DNA of 61,839 nt, filler included. It is 5 parts of 5 records of this genome, joined end to end, with 100 filler letters (N's around TTAATTAATTAA, not from the genome) between each part and the next. Parts side by side here need not be neighbours in the genome. Positions count along the whole stretch, not along the records: positions 37,687 to 47,689 come from SRR20825010_923; positions 47,790 to 56,539 come from SRR20825010_926; 3 more parts are not named here. The stretch is one strand, 5' to 3'. The notes under the pieces were generated by a model, which was given only the letters and a program-made list of their open reading frames with translations, ran no database searches and was not told the DNA's origin. The stretch's first letter is position 1, and each line of letters opens with the position of its first letter. Positions 39,393 through 48,788 of the stretch are shown in pieces. The translations under genes were made by a program, and so were the position numbers.

Positions 39393-39962
39393 TCAGTTCA
39401 CCTTGGTTTCAGCTTCACGGCCACGCTCAATGAGTGTGAGGGTTTTGCCGTCGGTTTCAAACACTGTGACCGAGCAATTATCAGGACGGAAGGAGAGCAC
39501 GCGGGGGTCATTTGTGGCGGCACTTGTTGCGGCATTAATGGCAACGAAGTGGCTGAAAACAACTGTGTCTTCCGCGAGTGCGATGAGAGCGGCGGCGACA
39601 TCGTCGCGCCATTTGGCGAGATCGAGATGGCCTTGGGTTTTAAGCCCCTCTTCCCAAGTACCCGACATGAACTGACGCAGCCACTCGCCGCGAGCTTTCA
39701 GGTCTTCGATGGGTGACGGGATTTCTCCCACACGGGGTTCTATGCGGGCCGTTGCGCCCCATGCAGCGGCAAGCGGATCGCCAGTCTCGCGGCAGCGACG
39801 CAGGGGCGACGAAATGAGCGGCAATTTTTTGCCGACACGTTTTTCAATGTCACGCGCGACTGCTTCCGATTGTGCACGGCCTTTGTCAGACAATCCCGGA
39901 TCGGTGTCAGCGTCCCAACCGGAGGCCGCTTCGCCGTGACGGATCATGTAAAGCTTGGGCAT
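39393..39962 (-). CDS. Histidine phosphatase family protein
   Basis: RHGE, SSPLRRCRET and VFSH motifs. Confidence 0.9.
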   Translation of the reverse strand: MPKLYMIRHGEAASGWDADTDPGLSDKGRAQSEAVARDIEKRVGKKLPLISSPLRRCRETGDPLAAAWGATARIEPRVGEIPSPIEDLKARGEWLRQFMSGTWEEGLKTQGHLDLAKWRDDVAAALIALAEDTVVFSHFVAINAATSAATNDPRVLSFRPDNCSVTVFETDGKTLTLIERGREAETKVN

Positions 39963-39995
39963 CGTGACAACCTTGCAAGAAAAGCGGAAGAAAGA

Positions 39996-40028
39996 CCCTC
40001 ACCCCACCCTCTCACATAGGGAGAGGGC
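39996..40028. repeat. REP-like palindromic intergenic element
   Basis: CCCTCACCCCA-CCCTCTC-ACATAGG-GAGAGGG hairpin; a single copy here. Confidence 0.5.
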
Positions 40029-40046
40029 TTCAAGAGCGAATGTCTA

Positions 40047-41603
40047 TTATTTCGGTGTGAAGATGTTGACGTCCCTACCCGGCTTGTCGGCGGGCGCGAC
40101 AGTGCCCGAACGACCGAGTTGGTCGTTGGTCATCATCTCGTCGAGTGTGGCCTTGTCAGATGGTGTGTGCGCCACAAAACGCGCCCCCGTATCATTCATG
40201 CGGCCAAAAAGAACCGCGAACTCAGCACCATCGCGACCATTGACGACAGCGTAGGTCTCGATCTTGGCATCACCCTTGGGCTGTTCGTTGACAGCGGGAT
40301 GGGCTTCATTGTCCACAATGGCCTGATAGGAGGCAGGGGATTCACGCTTCCACTTGCCCGCGAAAGGGTCGGTGGAATAGAGGCCGAGGCCATGCTTGGT
40401 CACATACCAGCCATTGGATGTGACAAGACCCTTGGTCCCGCGTTTGGCGCGCAACTTTTCGACCATCGTCACAATGGAGAGCATGACATAGGCATTGCCC
40501 GCACCGCCAAAATACGGCAAGCCGCCTGTGACTGTGAGCGGGCGCGGATCGTCCTCGGCAATGCCCAAAGCATCACGACCGATCTGCACGGCGGAAGGGA
40601 AGCAGGAGTAAAGATCGAAATAGTCGATATCGTTGATATTCCATCCCGACATGCCGAACGCCTTCTCGCCCATCATCTTGATGGCTGGCGATGTGTAATA
40701 GTTCACACGCTCGGTGGGGAACCAAATGTCATTGCAATCGGCGGAACCGTGGAGATAGACCCACTTGTCTTCTGCCACACCAAGCTCGCGGGCTTTGGCG
40801 ACCGACATCATGATGACGGCACCGGCCTGATCGACCTGCATGATGGCATTCATATATTTGGTATAGGGATAGCCGACATAACGGTTGGCATCGGTCGGCG
40901 TGGCAATTTCCTCTGCCGTACGGGCGATAGGGAACCAGGCCTGCGGATGTTTGGCCGCCACTTCCGTGAAGGGAGCCATGAGCTTGCCCACGGCCAGCTG
41001 ATGGTCGCGGACCGAGAGACCCTTCTGGCCGCGAATGGCATTTTCAAAGAGCGGATAGATATTGACCGGATATTGCAGCTTGTGTGCCTTTTCGACCGGC
41101 GTGACGCCTTCGCGCTCATAGCCGATGTCGATGCGGGTTTCGGGCACTTCATCATGCCACGGCAGCATGATGCCCTGCCCCAAGGCACGCATCATGGTGG
41201 CGAAGGCTTCCGAACCAGCGACCAGAGCAATGTCGGTCTCGCCATTGGCAATCAGCTCGGCTGTGTGGTTGACCAGCATTTGCGGTGTGTTGCCACCTGT
41301 GGGTCCATAGCAATTCTTGGAGGCATTGGCGCCGAGCATATTGCCGAGCGACTTGGGCGCGTTGTCATAGCGACCGAAAGGCAGACGCTTTGAATCCGGA
41401 CTGTCGGTGATGAAACGCACAACTGTGATGTTATCGACCAGCGGCCAGAGTTTGTCGCCGAGGCCTGTATCCTTGGCAGCCAGACGGGCGGCGTCTTCCA
41501 GAAGATGGAGAGGCGACTTTGCCTTCTCGACATTCTTTTCTTTTTGAACGAGCTGGCCGACACCAACGAGGACGGGTGTGCGGTCTTCCGGCGTGATGGC
41601 CAT
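40047..41603 (-). CDS. Thiolase-like acetyl-CoA acetyltransferase family protein
   Basis: GGNTPQ, DLYSCFPSAV, LTVTGGLPYFGGAGN, and a C-terminal IETY.V extension. Confidence 0.85.
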   Translation of the reverse strand: MAITPEDRTPVLVGVGQLVQKEKNVEKAKSPLHLLEDAARLAAKDTGLGDKLWPLVDNITVVRFITDSPDSKRLPFGRYDNAPKSLGNMLGANASKNCYGPTGGNTPQMLVNHTAELIANGETDIALVAGSEAFATMMRALGQGIMLPWHDEVPETRIDIGYEREGVTPVEKAHKLQYPVNIYPLFENAIRGQKGLSVRDHQLAVGKLMAPFTEVAAKHPQAWFPIARTAEEIATPTDANRYVGYPYTKYMNAIMQVDQAGAVIMMSVAKARELGVAEDKWVYLHGSADCNDIWFPTERVNYYTSPAIKMMGEKAFGMSGWNINDIDYFDLYSCFPSAVQIGRDALGIAEDDPRPLTVTGGLPYFGGAGNAYVMLSIVTMVEKLRAKRGTKGLVTSNGWYVTKHGLGLYSTDPFAGKWKRESPASYQAIVDNEAHPAVNEQPKGDAKIETYAVVNGRDGAEFAVLFGRMNDTGARFVAHTPSDKATLDEMMTNDQLGRSGTVAPADKPGRDVNIFTPK

Positions 41604-41743
41604 GACTTTGGTCTCCCTGACTCACATATATTGTTGGCGGGAGAATAAGCGGTGGGCGCGTGATGTCCAGTGCGGGCACGGTTGACGCTGGGGAATGATG
41701 GTACGCCCCGGGACAAAGCCACCGGGGCGCAACCAAACTTAGT

Positions 41744-42793
41744 TCAAGCGGCTACTGTCTGCTTCAAGAGACGCTCGGCGATCTGGACCGCATTCAGGGC
41801 GGCACCTTTGAGAAGCTGATCACCTGCTGTGAATAGCGCGACCGACTTGCCAGACGGATCTGACAAGTCCTGACGGATGCGACCAACCAGAATGTCGTCC
41901 TGACCGGAGGCGTCTTTGGGCATCGGGAAATAGTTATTCTCCCAATCATCCACGAGGCGCACGCCCGGGGCTGTCTTCATCATTTCGCGGACATCGGATG
42001 CCTTGATCGGCTTTTCACATTCAAAAGTGATCGAAACCGAATGGGCGCGCAGGACCGGCACGCGAACGCATGTGGCAGACACAGCAATGTCGGGATCGTT
42101 GAAAATCTTCTTGGTCTCCTGAATGACCTTTGTCTCTTCATCGTTATAGCCGGTGTCGGGATTAATCGCCGTATTGTGATTGAAGAGATTAAACGCATAG
42201 GGATGGGGAAGAACCGTGTTCTTGTAGTCGCGACCTTCGATATAGGCGCGTGTCGATTCTTCCAGTTCCTCCATGGCTGCGGCACCGGCACCGGAGGCCG
42301 ACTGATAGGTCGAGACGATCAGACGCTTGATACGATTGGTCTGATGCACGGGCCAGAGCGGCGTGATGGAGATGATGGCCGCGCAATTAGGATTGGCGAT
42401 GATGCCCTTGTGGCGGGCCATGTCGGCGGCATTGATTTCTGGCACGACGAGCGGCACGGAAGGGTCCATGCGGAAGGCGGATGAATTGTCCACCACCACG
42501 CAACCAGCCTTGACGGCGATGGGAGCGTATTGGCGCGAAACCGAACCAGAGGCAGAGAAGAGCGCAATGTCCACATCATTGAATGCGTTTTCGCCCAGTT
42601 CCTGAACCGTGATCTCCTCGTTCTTGAACTTCATCTTACGGCCTGCCGAACGCGGCGAGGCCAGCAGCTTCAAACGCGACAGGGGAAAGCCACGGCTTTC
42701 AAGGCAATGGATCATCTCGACGCCAACGGCACCGGTCGCGCCCACAATCGCGACGACGGGAGCCTCGGCGGAGATCTGGAAATTATATGTCAT
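41744..42793 (-). CDS. asd: Aspartate-semialdehyde dehydrogenase
   Basis: GATGAVG, DNSSAFRM, ANPNC, TYQSASGAG, CVRVPVLRAHS and KGAALNAVQIAE. Confidence 0.95.
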   Translation of the reverse strand: MTYNFQISAEAPVVAIVGATGAVGVEMIHCLESRGFPLSRLKLLASPRSAGRKMKFKNEEITVQELGENAFNDVDIALFSASGSVSRQYAPIAVKAGCVVVDNSSAFRMDPSVPLVVPEINAADMARHKGIIANPNCAAIISITPLWPVHQTNRIKRLIVSTYQSASGAGAAAMEELEESTRAYIEGRDYKNTVLPHPYAFNLFNHNTAINPDTGYNDEETKVIQETKKIFNDPDIAVSATCVRVPVLRAHSVSITFECEKPIKASDVREMMKTAPGVRLVDDWENNYFPMPKDASGQDDILVGRIRQDLSDPSGKSVALFTAGDQLLKGAALNAVQIAERLLKQTVAA

Positions 42794-42842
42794 ATTGTCC
42801 TCATTATTACTTCAGTAATGCGCCGCGATAATCGGGAGGCTT

Positions 42843-42879
42843 GAATAAACGAAAAGCCCCGGAATGTTCGACGGGGCTT
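42843..42879 (-). terminator. Attenuator terminator upstream of asd
   Basis: Minus strand AAGCCCCG-10 nt-CGGGGCTT followed by TTCGTTTATTC. Confidence 0.8.
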
Positions 42880-42908
42880 GTTTTCAAGTTCGCGGTGCTG
42901 AATTCAGA

Positions 42909-42989
42909 TCAGACGCACGCCTTCAACACCCCTGCCCCGGTTTTCCGGGTAGATGTGGTAGCTTTGCGTTTGGTTGTCAGCGTCTGCAT
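42909..42989 (-). CDS. Putative asd leader peptide (26 aa, Thr/Lys-rich)
   Basis: MQTLTTKRKATTSTRKTGAGVLKACV with 7 Thr and 4 Lys; lies just upstream of the terminator. Confidence 0.75.
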   Translation of the reverse strand: MQTLTTKRKATTSTRKTGAGVLKACV

Positions 42990-43074
42990 GATGGCGCGGA
43001 CCATAACAGAAGGCCAAAACACCTGTAAAGGCGACCTTTTGACCGATCAAAGCCCCGCGCAGCAGCCAAAAGCC

Positions 43075-43410
43075 TTATTGCTCGGCAGTGTCGTCCTTGA
43101 TGATGGCAAAGAGCGCGTCTCTTAGTTCCGGCGGATGATCAGCAACAGCTTCGCCAACCGCATTGAGCCTGCGGCGAAGATCATAGAGCTGATCAAGCAG
43201 AGACAAGAGCAAAGGCAAGGTGTCTTCCGGCACATCGAAGTTATGACGCAGATCATAGACAAGGCGCACACGCGCGATGTCTATGTCATGAAAGTACCAA
43301 CCGCCTTCATCATCGGGCTGTGGACGCACCCACCGATGCTCAATCCAAGTGGCCAACTCAACCGAATGCAGATCGGGAAAAAGCGAGATAACAGATTCGA
43401 ACTTCATCAC
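43075..43410 (-). CDS. cbpM: Chaperone modulator CbpM
   Basis: W...RWV.P and DIARVRLVYDL...LSLLDQLY.LR; overlaps the stop of the DnaJ-like gene. Confidence 0.85.
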   Translation of the reverse strand: MMKFESVISLFPDLHSVELATWIEHRWVRPQPDDEGGWYFHDIDIARVRLVYDLRHNFDVPEDTLPLLLSLLDQLYDLRRRLNAVGEAVADHPPELRDALFAIIKDDTAEQ

Positions 43411-44315
43411 TTGCTCCCCATATATTTGCGTGGATCAAACGGGTGATGCGGCTTCCACCCTTTAAGAAATTCGTGCAGTTCGGTTTCCTCATTAGCCGGT
43501 AGCGCAACCTTGAGCACGACATACTGGTTGCCACCAGCAATGCCGCGGCCCTTGAGACGGAGTTTGGTACCCGATGTTGAGTTAGGCGGAATTGTAAGCT
43601 GAACCGGTCCCTTGATGGTTGGCACCTCAACCTTTCCACCAAGAACAGCCTCCTGAAGCGTTACCGGCAGTTCAAGATGAATGTCTTTGCCATCACGGTG
43701 GAAGAAGGCATGCGACTGGACGTTCACTTCGATCATCGCATCACCGGCAGGCCCCTGCCCGTAGCCCGGCATACCCTTGCCGGAAAGACGCAATATCTGA
43801 CCGGTCTGAACACCAACGGGGATGGTGACATCCAGCGACTGTCCACCCGGCAAATCAATACGCCGCTTGGCCCCCAGGGCAGCATCAAGAAATGAAACAA
43901 CAAGTGCATAATGCGCATCGGCACCACGCGCGTTAAAGCTGCCGCCGCCCGGACCGGCTTTCCCTCTTGCGCGAAAGGCCTGTTCGAAAATGCTCGATAA
44001 ATCTTCCGGATCGAATTGCGCTCCGGAGCCATATTTCTGGCCGCCCGGCGCATCACCAAAATCACGATAGAAGGGACGCTCCGGTGCCCGTTCCGCTCCC
44101 GAAGCATCGATTTCGCCGCGGTCAAAGCGTCCGCGCTTCTCCGGATCGGACAGTAGATCGTAAGCACTCGTAACTGCCTTGAAGCGATCCTCAGCTTCTT
44201 TCTTGCCCGGATTCAAATCCGGATGATGCAGCTTGGCGAGCTTGCGATAGGCAGATTTTATTTCGTCTGCCTTGGCATCGGGCTTTACGCCCAAAGTTTC
44301 GTAAGGGTCATCCAT
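43407..44315 (-). CDS. cbpA: CbpA-type J-domain protein
   Basis: J domain with HPD, no zinc finger, DnaJ C-terminal repeats (LRLSGKG, LRLKGRG). Confidence 0.88.
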   Translation of the reverse strand: MDDPYETLGVKPDAKADEIKSAYRKLAKLHHPDLNPGKKEAEDRFKAVTSAYDLLSDPEKRGRFDRGEIDASGAERAPERPFYRDFGDAPGGQKYGSGAQFDPEDLSSIFEQAFRARGKAGPGGGSFNARGADAHYALVVSFLDAALGAKRRIDLPGGQSLDVTIPVGVQTGQILRLSGKGMPGYGQGPAGDAMIEVNVQSHAFFHRDGKDIHLELPVTLQEAVLGGKVEVPTIKGPVQLTIPPNSTSGTKLRLKGRGIAGGNQYVVLKVALPANEETELHEFLKGWKPHHPFDPRKYMGSK

Positions 44316-44498
44316 GAAAGACAGCCTAGCACATGGTCTCTAATTACCTCATACGCAAACTACCTAGGATCAAGTCAAAGCGCACTAGTCTACCTGCGCC
44401 AAAGCGACGCTTTCCAATAGCTGTAATTTGGGATCGAAAAGCTTTTCTTTTGAACCGTTCCGGTTCTCAATGGTGCAAAATAATTAGGGGAGTGGAAA

Positions 44499-44789
44499 AT
44501 GACTGTTTTTATCATCGCACAACTTTCTATTCACGACCGTGAAAGTTATCGCCATTACGAAGACGGATTCATGGAGGTTTTTCAGAAATATGATGGAAGT
44601 TTGCTTGCTGTAGACGAAACACCAAATATCCACGAAGGCCATTGGGATGGAACACGGGTTGTTCTGGCATCCTTTCCAGACAAAGACTCGTTCAATGCAT
44701 GGTTTCAGTCGCCTGAATATGTGGAACTGGCCAAGTACAGAAAAGCTGGGTCTGCGGGACCAATCTTGTCCGTTCAGGGATTGAGCTAG
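44499..44789 (+). CDS. DUF1330 family protein
   Basis: EGHW..TRVVLASFP....AWFQSPEY. Confidence 0.82.
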   Translation: MTVFIIAQLSIHDRESYRHYEDGFMEVFQKYDGSLLAVDETPNIHEGHWDGTRVVLASFPDKDSFNAWFQSPEYVELAKYRKAGSAGPILSVQGLS

Positions 44790-44813
44790 CCTGTGCCAAA
44801 CCGGAGGAATTCT

Positions 44814-45230
44814 ATGCTTCAGAAAATTGATACCGAGATTATCAATAATACGCTTGAGTTGGTTGTCGAACGGGTGGGCGATCCAACGCCTCAGGTTTAC
44901 GAGCGCTTGTTCAAGGCTCAGCCCGAAATGGAACCTATGTTTGTCATGGATACTAATGGCGCGGCGCGCGGGCATATGCTGTCAGAAGCTCTCGACGGCA
45001 TTATAGATTTTGTCGGTGGCAGACATTATGCCGACAACATGATCCGCAGCGAAATCGTGAACCATGAAGGCTTGGGCGTGCCGCGCGATGTGTTCGAGTC
45101 CTTTTTTTCAAACATACGCGATACGTTTCAAGACATTTTGAAAGACGACTGGACCTCTGATATGGACAGGGCTTGGACCGCGCTTCTGGAAGAACTGAGA
45201 ACAACTATTGCGGAAGTGGCGCCAATCTAA
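44814..45230 (+). CDS. Single-domain globin
   Basis: VYERLF...PEM..MF, proximal His in NHEGLGV, and W...M..AW. Confidence 0.75.
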   Translation: MLQKIDTEIINNTLELVVERVGDPTPQVYERLFKAQPEMEPMFVMDTNGAARGHMLSEALDGIIDFVGGRHYADNMIRSEIVNHEGLGVPRDVFESFFSNIRDTFQDILKDDWTSDMDRAWTALLEELRTTIAEVAPI

Positions 45231-45300
45231 ACGCTGCCGTCGCCAAGAACCTATTCCACAATTTCGTCTCTCTGTATCGGGGGCAAGCACAAGAAACATC

Positions 45301-45915
45301 ATGGTCAATATCCGCCCCGTCATCAAAACCGACACCCCTGCCCTTTACGATATTGCCCTGAAGACCGGCGACGCCGGTGAGGATGCGACCGCCCTTTACA
45401 AAGACCCTAAGCTTGTCGGCCACATCTATGCCGCGCCTTATGCGATTTTCGAGCCGCAATCCTGCTTCGTGGCAGAGGATGACGAGGGCGTAGCTGGCTA
45501 TATTGTTGGCACGAGCAATACATCAGCTTTTGCTGACAGACTGGAATCTGACTGGTGGCCGCTGCTGAGGCCACAATATGAAGATCCGTCGGACATACCG
45601 TTTGATGAGTGGACAGCGGACCAACTGCGCGCATTCCTGATCCACAACCCGCACCAAACACCGCAACGTATTGTCGACACCTATCCCTCGCATCTGCATA
45701 TCAACCTGTTGCCACGTATGCAGGGACAGAAAATCGGCTATCAGCTACTGGAGCGGTTTCTGGCAACGATGGATATGGCAGGATCGCGCGGCGTGCATCT
45801 GGGCGTGAGCGCAACGAATGAACGCGCTATCCGCTTTTATGAAAATTTCGGTTTCAGAGAAGCACAGCACCGCAAGGATCGCGGCGAGACGATCTGGTAT
45901 CGTATCGCTCTTTGA
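45301..45915 (+). CDS. GNAT N-acetyltransferase
   Basis: YAAPY, YPSHLHINLLPRMQGQKIG and HLGV...N.RA..FY..FGF. Confidence 0.88.
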   Translation: MVNIRPVIKTDTPALYDIALKTGDAGEDATALYKDPKLVGHIYAAPYAIFEPQSCFVAEDDEGVAGYIVGTSNTSAFADRLESDWWPLLRPQYEDPSDIPFDEWTADQLRAFLIHNPHQTPQRIVDTYPSHLHINLLPRMQGQKIGYQLLERFLATMDMAGSRGVHLGVSATNERAIRFYENFGFREAQHRKDRGETIWYRIAL

Positions 45916-46109
45916 ATTCTGTCCCCAAGGCCGATAGCGATTGAGCCAGGCTCAGCTTTCCGCCCGCTTTCTTTACAGATACGATCTGACCAAAGAAGGT
46001 CGCTCGCCGTCACAGGTTCCTGCCCCTTTGGACAAATGGGCCAATGGCTGGACCTGGGCCCAGTCGCTGGGAACCTGACTGCCATCTGGACAGAAATGTG
46101 AGAATAGCA

Positions 46110-46598
46110 ATGGGCGTCAGAAACTATTTGATCGAAGGCGTTTCCGGCACCGGCAAAACCTCCGTCTGTGACGAGCTGCAACGCCGTGGCCACCACGCGA
46201 TACACGGCGACAGAGACCTTGCCTATCAAGGCGATCCCGAAACCGGCGAACCACTCAATGGTTCCGGCCACGTGTATCACATCTGGGACATCAACAAGGT
46301 CAAAGTTCTCATTGCCGAGCAGACTCAGCCAATGACCTTCTTCTGTGGCGGGTCGAGGAACTTTCAGCATTTCATCCATCTCTTCGACAAAGTCTTTGTG
46401 CTCGATATCGATATCGACACGCTGAACCAACGGCTCGCCGCAAGACCGCAAGACGAATGGGGCGGCCACGCGGCCGAACGCGAATTCATCGCGCGCTTAC
46501 ATGCGACACAGGAAGACATCCCTAAAGGTGGCATCATCATCAACGCTACCGCATCGCTCACGCGCGTCGTCGATGAAATTCTGAGCCAGTGCCAATAG
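46110..46598 (+). CDS. P-loop nucleoside/nucleotide kinase-like protein
   Basis: LIEGVSGTGKT Walker A; FFCGGSRN. Confidence 0.8.
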   Translation: MGVRNYLIEGVSGTGKTSVCDELQRRGHHAIHGDRDLAYQGDPETGEPLNGSGHVYHIWDINKVKVLIAEQTQPMTFFCGGSRNFQHFIHLFDKVFVLDIDIDTLNQRLAARPQDEWGGHAAEREFIARLHATQEDIPKGGIIINATASLTRVVDEILSQCQ

Positions 46599-46809
46599 AG
46601 CAGTTACTTGCCTGCCAACGCGTTGAGCGTCTCTCTCCCCTCACCATTTGGTGCCTACCCAAATCTGCGCGAATAGACTCTGAAAAAGGCCGCCGCGTTA
46701 CCAAAGCCCACCATCGCCGCCACCGCTTTCACATTTCGGCGCACCCGCAGTTCCACACGCGCCAAGGCCAAAAGCATGAGGCAGAATAGAATTTTCTTGA
46801 TTTATTTTT

Positions 46810-46833
46810 ATATTTCGATAATTATTGAAATAT
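46810..46833. promoter_or_regulatory. Putative ArsR operator
   Basis: Near-perfect palindrome ATATTTCGATAATTATTGAAATAT overlapping the arsR start. Confidence 0.7.
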
Positions 46834-47176
46834 GGAAATGGAATCAGCTATAGCGGCACTGGCCGCCCTTGCGCAGGACACGCGCCTTTCGATCTTCAGA
46901 GCGCTGGTGCGCGCGCATCAACCCGCCGCTGGTGACGGCGGACTGGCAGCAGGCGAGTTAGCGGAAGCGCTGGGTGTAGCCCCTGCCACGCTGTCCTTTC
47001 ACCTAAAGGAAATGAACCATGCGGGTTTGATCACCTCGCGGCGTGAAGGACGCTCGATCATTTACAAGGCCGATCTGAATGCCATGCGGGCATTGACCGA
47101 TTTTCTGCTCGAAGATTGCTGTCAGGGCGCGTGCGGCACTGTCGGGAAACAACAGAAAGCAAAGGAGTGCGTGTGA
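46832..47176 (+). CDS. arsR: ArsR family regulator (C-terminal CC type)
   Basis: ALAQDTRL.IFR.LV, TLSFHLK, RREGRSIIY and DCCQGAC. Confidence 0.88.
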   Translation: MEMESAIAALAALAQDTRLSIFRALVRAHQPAAGDGGLAAGELAEALGVAPATLSFHLKEMNHAGLITSRREGRSIIYKADLNAMRALTDFLLEDCCQGACGTVGKQQKAKECV

Positions 47177-47652
47177 TGAAAAGACTTCATGTAAGCTTTG
47201 GCACGACAGACCTCGAAAAGTCCGTGGCGTTCTATTCAACGCTGTTTGGCACTGAGCCGACAGTGACGCGTCCGGGCTATGCAAAATGGTTGCTGGATGA
47301 CCCTCGTGTCAATTTTGTCGTGGAAAGTGGATCGGGCAAAACAGGCTTCAACCACGCCGGCATCCAGGTGGATGCCCCTGACGAGTTGAACGAAATCTTC
47401 GACCGGATGAAGCAGGCCGAAGCGCCCTATCTGCCGGAAGGTGTAACCACCTGCTGCTATGCCAAATCGGAGAAAAGCTGGACTGCCGATCCCGATGGCG
47501 TGCAATGGGAAGCGTTCTACACGATGCACCAGACCGAAGAATTCGGAAATGGACCCGAACTTTCATCACTGGCGGTAACAGGCGACGCGTCGGCCTGCGG
47601 CTGCTCCGCTCCGGCAGTGAAACCTGCCGCACCTGCCCCATCCTGCTGCTAG
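47176..47652 (+). CDS. arsI: ArsI/CadI glyoxalase-fold metalloenzyme (C-As lyase-like)
   Basis: RLHV, YAKW...DP.VNF, HAGIQV and TTCCYAKSEKSW..DPDG..WE. Confidence 0.82.
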   Translation: MKRLHVSFGTTDLEKSVAFYSTLFGTEPTVTRPGYAKWLLDDPRVNFVVESGSGKTGFNHAGIQVDAPDELNEIFDRMKQAEAPYLPEGVTTCCYAKSEKSWTADPDGVQWEAFYTMHQTEEFGNGPELSSLAVTGDASACGCSAPAVKPAAPAPSCC

Positions 47653-47689
47653 GGAAAAGCTGCAATGTCCGAACTGCCTACACCGTTCA

Positions 47690-47789
47690 NNNNNNNNNNN
47701 NNNNNNNNNNNNNNNNNNNNNNNNNNNNNNNNNTTAATTAATTAANNNNNNNNNNNNNNNNNNNNNNNNNNNNNNNNNNNNNNNNNNNN
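47690..47789. other. Artificial contig linker
   Basis: N44-TTAATTAATTAA-N44. Confidence 0.97.
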
Positions 47790-47790
47790 C

Positions 47791-48180
47791 AGTGGTGCAG
47801 GTGAAATAGGGCGCATTGACTTGGTATCAGGGCGTTACGAATGCATTGCATTTGTGGGGGGGTATGGCAGGGGCTTAAGCTTTGTTGGCGACTACGCAAT
47901 TTTTGGAATCAGCAAACCCCGGCACGAAAGTTATGTACCCAACTTTCCGCTTCATGACCGTTTGAAGTCGCTGAACTTGCCAGACCGCTGCCAGTTGCTT
48001 GCGGTCAACCTAAAAACAGGCAATGTCATTCAGGCCATTACCTTTGAAGGTGCTGCCCGTGAGTTCTTCGACACGGTTGTAATTCCCGATTGCCGACATG
48101 GCGTAATTATGGCGCTTGATGAAGCCCAACACCCGCAATTTGTTACCTATGAACAAGATGATTGCCTCTTGCCAGCATGA
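47791..48180 (+). CDS. TIGR03032/DUF4915-like protein, 5' partial
   Basis: SGAGEIGRIDL...GYGRGLSF.GDYA..GISKPR...E.FD. Confidence 0.7.
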   Translation, partial: SGAGEIGRIDLVSGRYECIAFVGGYGRGLSFVGDYAIFGISKPRHESYVPNFPLHDRLKSLNLPDRCQLLAVNLKTGNVIQAITFEGAAREFFDTVVIPDCRHGVIMALDEAQHPQFVTYEQDDCLLPA

Positions 48181-48733
48181 GTTGTTAAAGCAGCATGCCG
48201 CATGTGTGGTGTGGTTTACTGGCCTAAGTGGTGCGGGTAAAACCACGCTTGCATTTGCGCTTCAGGAAGCCTTGCATGGCAAGGGTATTCACACGGCAGT
48301 GCTTGATGGCGATAGCTTGCGTCTCGGTTTGAACAGCGACCTTGGTTTTTCGCCCGAAGACCGCAACACCAATGTGCAGCGCACCGCGCAGGTGTGCAAG
48401 TTGATGGTTGACGCGGGTTTGGTGGTAATCGCGTCGCTGATTTCACCCCGTACCCACCACCGCAACAAGGCCCGCGACATGTTCCCGGCTGGGCAGTTTT
48501 TTGAGGTGTATCTTAGTACTCCTCTTGATGTTTGTGAGCAACGCGACCCAAAGGGCTTGTATGCACGCGCACGCCGCGGTGACATTCCCCAATTCACGGG
48601 GGTCAGCGCTGCGTATGAAGTGCCCGAAAGCCCAAGCCTTGTGTTGCAAACCGGCCAACACAGCATTCCGGAATGTTTACAGCAATTGCTTGCAATGTTG
48701 GAGCCAACATTGAAACTGCATTGCCCGGATTGA
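48149..48733 (+). CDS. cysC: Adenylyl-sulfate kinase
   Basis: WFTGLSGAGKTT, LDGD.LR.GL..DLGF, ISP, RDPKGLY and FTG. Confidence 0.93.
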   Translation: MNKMIASCQHELLKQHAACVVWFTGLSGAGKTTLAFALQEALHGKGIHTAVLDGDSLRLGLNSDLGFSPEDRNTNVQRTAQVCKLMVDAGLVVIASLISPRTHHRNKARDMFPAGQFFEVYLSTPLDVCEQRDPKGLYARARRGDIPQFTGVSAAYEVPESPSLVLQTGQHSIPECLQQLLAMLEPTLKLHCPD

Positions 48734-48788
48734 CAATCAAACGGTTTCGGGTAAGGTTAGGTTCCCCAAGCCAGTATGTGGAATCAAG

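Noticed and set aside
44330-44400. Possible RpoH promoter for cbpAM
   Set aside because: Only a weak CTTGA...CGTAT match.
47665-47689. Possible arsC start (MSELPTPF)
   Set aside because: Only 8 codons precede the contig end, which is not enough to identify it.
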